Source: an uncultured Bacillota bacterium
GTDB taxonomy: Bacteria > Bacillota_I > Bacilli_A > RF39 > UBA660
NCBI GenBank assembly: GCA_947165195.1
Contig: CAMUZJ010000002.1
Location: 1-35,227, forward strand
Direction: 5' to 3'
DNA: 35,227 bases
How positions within the stretch are numbered: position 1 is the first letter of the stretch; each line of letters opens with the position of its first letter. Shown here one piece after another: positions 30,246 through 35,227 of the stretch. A program made the translations under genes and the position numbers. The notes under the pieces were generated by a model. It worked only from the letters and a program-made list of their open reading frames with translations. It did not search any database and had not been told where the DNA came from.

Positions 30246-31241
30246 ATGAAAAAAATATTTTTTTTACTGATTATGGTTTTATTAGTAAGTGGTTGTTCTA
30301 AAGAAAATCAAGAAAATGTTATGAAGAAGTTTGTAAAAACTATACAAAATACAGATTCTTATTATTTATCTGGAGACTTAGAACTTAGAAATAATGATGA
30401 GGTATATAACTATGAAGTAGAAGTCAGTTATGAAAAGAAAAGTTTTTATAAGGTAGCTTTAAAAAATAAGGCAAATGATGCTACACAGATTATTTTAAAA
30501 AATGAAGAAGGAGTATATATTTTGACACCTTCTCTAAACAGAAGCTTTAAATTTCAAAGTGATTGGCCATATAATAATTCTCAAATATATTTATTAAGTG
30601 CACTAGCTAATGATTTAAAAAGTGATAAAGACTTAGAATTTAAGGAAACAGATAAAAACTATATTTTTACTACAAAAGTTAATTATCCAAATAATAAAGA
30701 TTTGGTAAATCAAAAAATTTATTTAAATAAGAAATTAAAATTAAATAAAGTAGTTGTTTATGATAAAGAAGGAGTTCCTTCTATGGAATTAAAAGTAAAA
30801 AAAGTAGATTATTCTCCTTCGTTTAAAGATGACTATTTCAATATAAATACAGTTATGGAAACGTATTCTATAGAGGAAGAAATTGTTCATGAGACAATGA
30901 CTTTGGAAGAGACTATTTATCCGCTTGCATTGCCTACTAATACCATTTTATCTAATGAAGAAAAAATTAAAAAAACAGATGGAGAAAGAATTCTTATGAC
31001 TTTTGAAGGAGACAAACCATTTCTTCTAGTGGAAGAAACTGTTAATGCAGAAGATGAGTTTACCATTATTCCAACTAATGGAGAACCATATAGGTTAATG
31101 GATACATTAGGTGTAATGACAGATAATTCTCTCTCTTGGATTACTAATGGTATAGAATATTATTTAGTTAGTGATGTTTTATCACAAGATGAATTAGTAG
31201 AAATTGCACAGTCTATTTATGTATTACCTACTATGAAATAA
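30246..31241 (+). CDS. Lipoprotein, LolA-like/DUF4367-like fold suspected
   Basis: It has a lipobox (LLVSG-C) at residues 13-17. The C-terminal WITNGIEYYLVSDVLSQDELVEIAQSI resembles DUF4367-type domains. Confidence 0.7.
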   Translation: MKKIFFLLIMVLLVSGCSKENQENVMKKFVKTIQNTDSYYLSGDLELRNNDEVYNYEVEVSYEKKSFYKVALKNKANDATQIILKNEEGVYILTPSLNRSFKFQSDWPYNNSQIYLLSALANDLKSDKDLEFKETDKNYIFTTKVNYPNNKDLVNQKIYLNKKLKLNKVVVYDKEGVPSMELKVKKVDYSPSFKDDYFNINTVMETYSIEEEIVHETMTLEETIYPLALPTNTILSNEEKIKKTDGERILMTFEGDKPFLLVEETVNAEDEFTIIPTNGEPYRLMDTLGVMTDNSLSWITNGIEYYLVSDVLSQDELVEIAQSIYVLPTMK

Positions 31242-31292
31242 GGACTTTACGTTCTTATTTTGCTATGATATAATGAATCAAGGGTGGTATAT

Positions 31293-31856
31293 ATGGCAAA
31301 ATTAAAAAGTACAGGTAATGGTAAAAAAACAACTCAAGTAAAAAGTGTAAAGAGTAAAAGTATAGTTGATGAAAAAGAATTTCAACTTACACCTGAAATG
31401 AGTAAGACTCTTAGGACTAGCATTGTAGTACTACTTATATTTTTCGCATTCTATATAATAGCTACAATAAAATCAGATTATGTGGCACCTAAGAAGAATA
31501 ATCAAAATAAAGAAGCTGATATTCAATATACTGAAATTTTAGCTGGTACTAGTTTTAATAGAACGGAACCAGAATATATAGTAGTTTACTATGATAAAAG
31601 TGATAGTGAAGATGATGAAACTAGTGAATTAGATGAAGCTGTATCTCGTCATCATTCTCCTGATTCGTTTTATACTTGTGATTTAAGTATTGCTTTTAAT
31701 AAACCATATGTTACATCAGAAGAAGCAAATACAAATCCGGAAAACGCTGAACAATTAGCTATAAATGGACCAACAATCATTAAATTTACTGATGGACATG
31801 TTAGTGAATACATACAAGGAAAAGATGAAGTTATTTCATATTTAAATGAGCATTAG
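31293..31856 (+). CDS. Hypothetical membrane-anchored protein
   Basis: I prefer ATG 31293 after GGGTGG over GTG 31284. A basic N-terminus is followed by one TM (IVVLLIFFAFYIIATI) and then an acidic extracytoplasmic domain. No family is recognised. Confidence 0.65.
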   Translation: MAKLKSTGNGKKTTQVKSVKSKSIVDEKEFQLTPEMSKTLRTSIVVLLIFFAFYIIATIKSDYVAPKKNNQNKEADIQYTEILAGTSFNRTEPEYIVVYYDKSDSEDDETSELDEAVSRHHSPDSFYTCDLSIAFNKPYVTSEEANTNPENAEQLAINGPTIIKFTDGHVSEYIQGKDEVISYLNEH

Positions 31857-31862
31857 GAAAAG

Positions 31863-31887
31863 AAAGGACATTGGATATGTCTTTTTT
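31863..31887 (+). terminator. Intrinsic terminator
   Basis: Stem aaaggacat pairs with atgtctttt (one G-U pair), followed by a T-run. Confidence 0.6.
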
Positions 31888-31948
31888 CTATATTTAAAAA
31901 TTATTCAATATGTGGTATGATAATAATATAATATAAGAGGTGATAGTG

Positions 31949-33232
31949 ATGTCTTTAAAAAAAATAGAGGAAGAAATAGAAGAACATAAATCTTTAGAAG
32001 ATTTTCATATAGATGATAAAAAAGATATAGAGAAAGAAGAGCCTGTTAAAAAAATAACAAAGTCTAAGAAACGGTTTACTAGTTTTGAACTTTTTTTTAT
32101 TTCATTTGTGATGTTGGTATTTGGTGCTACTTTAGGATGTTTAGTATCCGTAGCAACTTCTTCTGTAATAGGGTCAACAATAAATAGTAGTATTTCTGAA
32201 TTTTTGTCAGTCTATCATCAAATTAAAGATGATTATTATGAAGAAGTTAATGATAGTGACTTAATGCATGCTGCTATCTCTGGAATGTTAGGTTCTTTAG
32301 GAGATGAATATACTTATTATATGAATGAAAATACTACTAGTTCTTTTAATACAACAGTAGATGGCTCTTACAAAGGTTTGGGTATAACTATAAAATATGA
32401 AAATGAAGCAGTAACAATAATTGATATATTTAAAAATTCTCCTGCTGAAAAATCTGGATTAAAAGTTGGGGATATATTAACTGTTGTTCAAGGAGTAGAT
32501 GTTACAGAAAAGAATTCTAACGACGTAGTAGAATTAATTGCTGGAGAAATAGGTAAAAAGGTCACTCTTACTGTTAAAAGAGGAGAAGAGTTATTAAATT
32601 TTGAAATGAAAATAGCTCAAATAGAAATTCCTTCTGTAACTACTGAGATAAAAGAAGAAAATAATAAGAAAATAGGGTATATTAAAATTGATAATTTTGC
32701 TGCTAATACAGCAAGACAATTTAGTAGTAAATTAAAAGAATTAGAAGGCTCTAATATAGATTCTTTAATTATTGATGTAAGATATAATACAGGAGGTCAT
32801 TTATCACAAGTCGATAAGATATTAGATTTATTCTTTGATAAAAAAACAGTTCTTTATCAAATTGAAACAAAAGGAAAAGCAGTAAAATATTATTCGGATA
32901 CTAAAGATAATAGAACATATCCTGTAGTAGTATTAGTAAATGAATCTAGTGCTTCTGCTTCTGAAATTTTAACGGCATGTTTTAAAGAAAATTATAAAGA
33001 TGCTACTATTTTAGGAGTTAAGACATATGGAAAAGGTACTGTTCAAAAGGCATCAGACTTATCAAATGGTACTAGTTATAAAATTACTACTCAAAAATGG
33101 TTAACTCCTAAAGGAAATTGGATTCATAAAGAAGGAATTACACCAGATGTAGAACTGGAAGATAACTTAGAAACAGAAGAAGATGAACAATTAAATGAAG
33201 CTATCAAAATCTTATCAGAAAAAGAGTCTTAG
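31949..33232 (+). CDS. S41-family carboxyl-terminal processing protease (Ctp) with PDZ domain, membrane anchored
   Basis: The start is ATG 31949, 6 nt after AAGAGGTG. The PDZ segment is SPAEKSGLKVGDIL. The S41 core contains IIDVRYNTGG, VLVNESSASASEI and KTYGKGTVQ. Confidence 0.9.
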   Translation: MSLKKIEEEIEEHKSLEDFHIDDKKDIEKEEPVKKITKSKKRFTSFELFFISFVMLVFGATLGCLVSVATSSVIGSTINSSISEFLSVYHQIKDDYYEEVNDSDLMHAAISGMLGSLGDEYTYYMNENTTSSFNTTVDGSYKGLGITIKYENEAVTIIDIFKNSPAEKSGLKVGDILTVVQGVDVTEKNSNDVVELIAGEIGKKVTLTVKRGEELLNFEMKIAQIEIPSVTTEIKEENNKKIGYIKIDNFAANTARQFSSKLKELEGSNIDSLIIDVRYNTGGHLSQVDKILDLFFDKKTVLYQIETKGKAVKYYSDTKDNRTYPVVVLVNESSASASEILTACFKENYKDATILGVKTYGKGTVQKASDLSNGTSYKITTQKWLTPKGNWIHKEGITPDVELEDNLETEEDEQLNEAIKILSEKES

Positions 33233-33241
33233 GACTCTTTT
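33220..33241. terminator. Shared hairpin at the overlapping 3' ends of convergent ctp and sortase genes
   Basis: Stem aaaagagtc (33220-33228) pairs with gactctttt (33233-33241). The 4-nt loop ttag contains both stop codons. Confidence 0.5.
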
Positions 33242-33810
33242 ATTGTGCAATTTATTATGAGTTGCTTATCTTCATTATTTGGACTACAAGTTGTTAAAAT
33301 AAGCTGTTTTTTATTGTATTTTGGTACTTCTATATTTCCATCTTTTTTTGTCTCCCATTTATTTTCAACTATATATAAGTATTTTTTTTCTTTATATATT
33401 AATTCAACCACATCATTTTTTTCTAGTAGATTTAAATTCTTAAAAAAAGCTTGTTTTCCAGTACCAGAGTGGGCTGCTAAAAACATAATACTATTGTCTT
33501 TATCTGGTGAAATACTTCCTTTTAAAATAGTAACATTTTCTTCTACGTTATTTTTTATATTATTAATGTCATATAAGTCTTTTTCTAGAAATAACTTCTT
33601 TATAGTTAATTTTCCTATGGTTTCCTCTTTATTCTTTATATCAGTAATTTTATTATCTGTTGTTGATTCTTTTTGATAATGCAATATATATTTTATATTT
33701 AAAGAATAGTCTTTAGTTGTTTGGGATATTTTCAAATTATTATATATTATAAAACAAGCTAATAAAAAGAAAGTTATAATAAATAGGCAATAAATAGAAT
33801 TTTTTAACAT
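33229..33810 (-). CDS. Sortase-family transpeptidase-like protein (class uncertain, atypical)
   Basis: It has an N-terminal TM anchor, a FLAAHSG segment (His) and LILTTCSP (the TLxTC Cys motif). No Arg follows the Cys. Its start overlaps the adhesin stop by 7 nt. Confidence 0.72.
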   Translation of the reverse strand: MLKNSIYCLFIITFFLLACFIIYNNLKISQTTKDYSLNIKYILHYQKESTTDNKITDIKNKEETIGKLTIKKLFLEKDLYDINNIKNNVEENVTILKGSISPDKDNSIMFLAAHSGTGKQAFFKNLNLLEKNDVVELIYKEKKYLYIVENKWETKKDGNIEVPKYNKKQLILTTCSPNNEDKQLIINCTIKES

Positions 33811-35227
33811 AGTAACGATAATAGAAACCTTATAACTTTCTGTATAAAACCTTCTTTTATGTTAGTATTAGGAACTTTAATTTTATAATCTTTTAACTCA
33901 AAATAAGTTATATCTTCATCTTCAACATTTATTTCTATAGGCTCTATTATTTTATATCCTTCTGTAGTGGTTTGCTGTATTATCTTATAATTACCATATT
34001 TTAGAGTTATATAGGCATATCCTTCTTCATCTGTTTTAATGGTATCTATTAATTTATTATTATCATCGTAGATAGAGAAGAGAACATCTTTTTCCCCAAT
34101 AAAATTATCTCCATCTCCATAAGTTTTATGTAAGACAATATCTTTTTTGATAACTTCATCTTCTAAATCTAATATAATAGTAGTATTTTTCTCATCTTCA
34201 ACATTTATTTCTATAGGCTCTATCATTTTATATCCTTTTGTAGTAGTTTGTTGTATTATTTTATAGTTACCATATTTTAGAGTTATATAAGCATATCCTT
34301 TTTCATCTGTTTTGATGGTATCTATTAATTTATTATTATCATCGTAGATAGAGAAGAGAATATTTTTTTCTTCAGTAGAATTTATTCCATCTCCAAAAGT
34401 CTTATGTAAGACAATATCATTTTTAATAATTTCATCTTCTAAATTTAATACAATAGTAGGATTCTTTTCAGTTATATTTATAGTATAAGTACTTTTATCC
34501 AATTGATATCCTTTTCCAGGTGTAAATTCTTTTAAATAATAGGTACCAAAATCTAAATTTTTTATCTGAGAAAAACCCTCTTCATTAATTACCATTTCTT
34601 GAATTTCAACATTATTTTTATCATATAATTTATAAATCGTACCTTCAATTTTAGCATTGCCTTGTCCTTTATAATCTTTTGTTTCTTTATCTACTTTATG
34701 AATAGTAAGTTCTGTTTTTAAAACATTAATTTTAATATATAATGTTTCTTCATAATCTCCTGGAGCTATAATATTTTGACTATTTTCTGAATAGTAGAAG
34801 GTAGATAAAGTATTATAAAAATTATCTTTTTTTGTTAAAGTAATATTATAACTACCTTCTAATAAATCATCTAATACTAAATTGTTATCAACAATCCTTC
34901 CCATAGATGGAGAATATTTATATAAGGCATTATTAGAATCATGAATAGTAACATTTCCTTCTTTTACAGTGGTTATACTATTTATATTAGGTTTTGCTAA
35001 GTCTTTTTCCACTAAGTAGTTTAATTCATTAATTTCTTCTTGAAATCTATCTACCCTTGGACCATTTAAGCCATCCGTAAAATAGTATTCTCCTAATGGA
35101 TCTGCTTCCCTCCAAATTAATAATTGAGTGATTGCATACCACTTTATATCGGTATGATTACTATATTGGTATCCATAATGAGCAAGAGATCTAATTCTTT
35201 CTGTTTGCTTATTAGAAAGACCAGTTA
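33804..35227 (-). CDS. Surface adhesin, 5'-truncated by the window edge: thioester-domain C-terminal part plus three CnaB/SpaA-type Ig-like domains
   Basis: I translated past the ORF-track GTG at 35012, and the frame stays open to nt 35227 (..TGLSNKQTERIRSLAHYGYQYSNHTDIKWYAITQLLIWREADPLGEYYF..). TQLLIW fits the thioester-domain Gln motif spacing. The downstream VDKETK...G.IYKLYD...GFSQIKNLDFGTYYLKEFTPGKGY fits a CnaB pattern. Two 92-aa repeats follow. Confidence 0.8.
   Translation of the reverse strand, partial: TGLSNKQTERIRSLAHYGYQYSNHTDIKWYAITQLLIWREADPLGEYYFTDGLNGPRVDRFQEEINELNYLVEKDLAKPNINSITTVKEGNVTIHDSNNALYKYSPSMGRIVDNNLVLDDLLEGSYNITLTKKDNFYNTLSTFYYSENSQNIIAPGDYEETLYIKINVLKTELTIHKVDKETKDYKGQGNAKIEGTIYKLYDKNNVEIQEMVINEEGFSQIKNLDFGTYYLKEFTPGKGYQLDKSTYTINITEKNPTIVLNLEDEIIKNDIVLHKTFGDGINSTEEKNILFSIYDDNNKLIDTIKTDEKGYAYITLKYGNYKIIQQTTTKGYKMIEPIEINVEDEKNTTIILDLEDEVIKKDIVLHKTYGDGDNFIGEKDVLFSIYDDNNKLIDTIKTDEEGYAYITLKYGNYKIIQQTTTEGYKIIEPIEINVEDEDITYFELKDYKIKVPNTNIKEGFIQKVIRFLLSLLC
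33917..34460. repeat. Tandem direct repeat, 2 copies of 276 bp, inside the adhesin gene
   Basis: The string catcttcaacatttatttctataggctctat recurs at 33917 and 34193 (period 276 nt, or 92 codons). The copies are near-identical over most of their length and encode duplicated Ig-like domains. Confidence 0.9.

Noticed and set aside
33245-33676. A 143-aa plus-strand ORF lies opposite the sortase gene.
   Set aside because: It is a Phe/Ser/Leu-rich shadow of an AT-rich CDS. The minus strand carries the sortase His and TLxTC-type motifs and is translationally coupled to the adhesin.

Overview
Strongly AT-rich chromosomal core segment of a low-GC Gram-positive bacterium (Bacillota). Peptidoglycan genes, a sortase and a tmRNA tag ending in AFA hint at an Erysipelotrichia- or Clostridia-like lineage, but I cannot assign it from sequence alone. 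The standard genetic code applies, since no conserved gene has an in-frame TGA.

Gene order:
- rpoC 3' end, rpsL, rpsG, fusA, tuf
- a FemAB-family transferase (minus strand)
- murD overlapping eno
- T-box(Pro) and proS
- secG, rnr, a CapA-like gene, smpB
- a cohesin/cadherin-like surface protein
- pflB-pflA (minus strand)
- a Cys-rich orphan
- ssrA (tmRNA)
- T-box(Tyr) and a minimal DAHP synthase
- a divergent IspF-like gene
- a run of small envelope and membrane proteins, including an NlpC/P60 hydrolase, a DUF378 protein and an untracked 44-aa peptide
- a Q-rich membrane protein, cdaA, cdaR
- a lipoprotein, an anchored protein, an S41 Ctp protease
- a sortase-like gene overlapped by a 5'-truncated thioester/CnaB adhesin (minus strand)

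I see no rRNA, tRNA, CRISPR array, transposase, integrase or recognisable defence-type gene set. I found no convincing multi-gene novel system.

Best leads:
- the adhesin and atypical sortase pair with a non-canonical C-terminal signal
- a natural Pro->Ile change at the streptomycin-resistance position of S12
- an IspF-like protein that has lost a zinc ligand and the FPDTDP-type motif
- a hidden tiny Cys-rich transmembrane peptide
- a 21-Cys orphan next to ssrA
- a Q-rich membrane protein apparently co-transcribed with cdaA

All functional calls rest on my reading of the translated ORFs and remembered family motifs. No searches were run.
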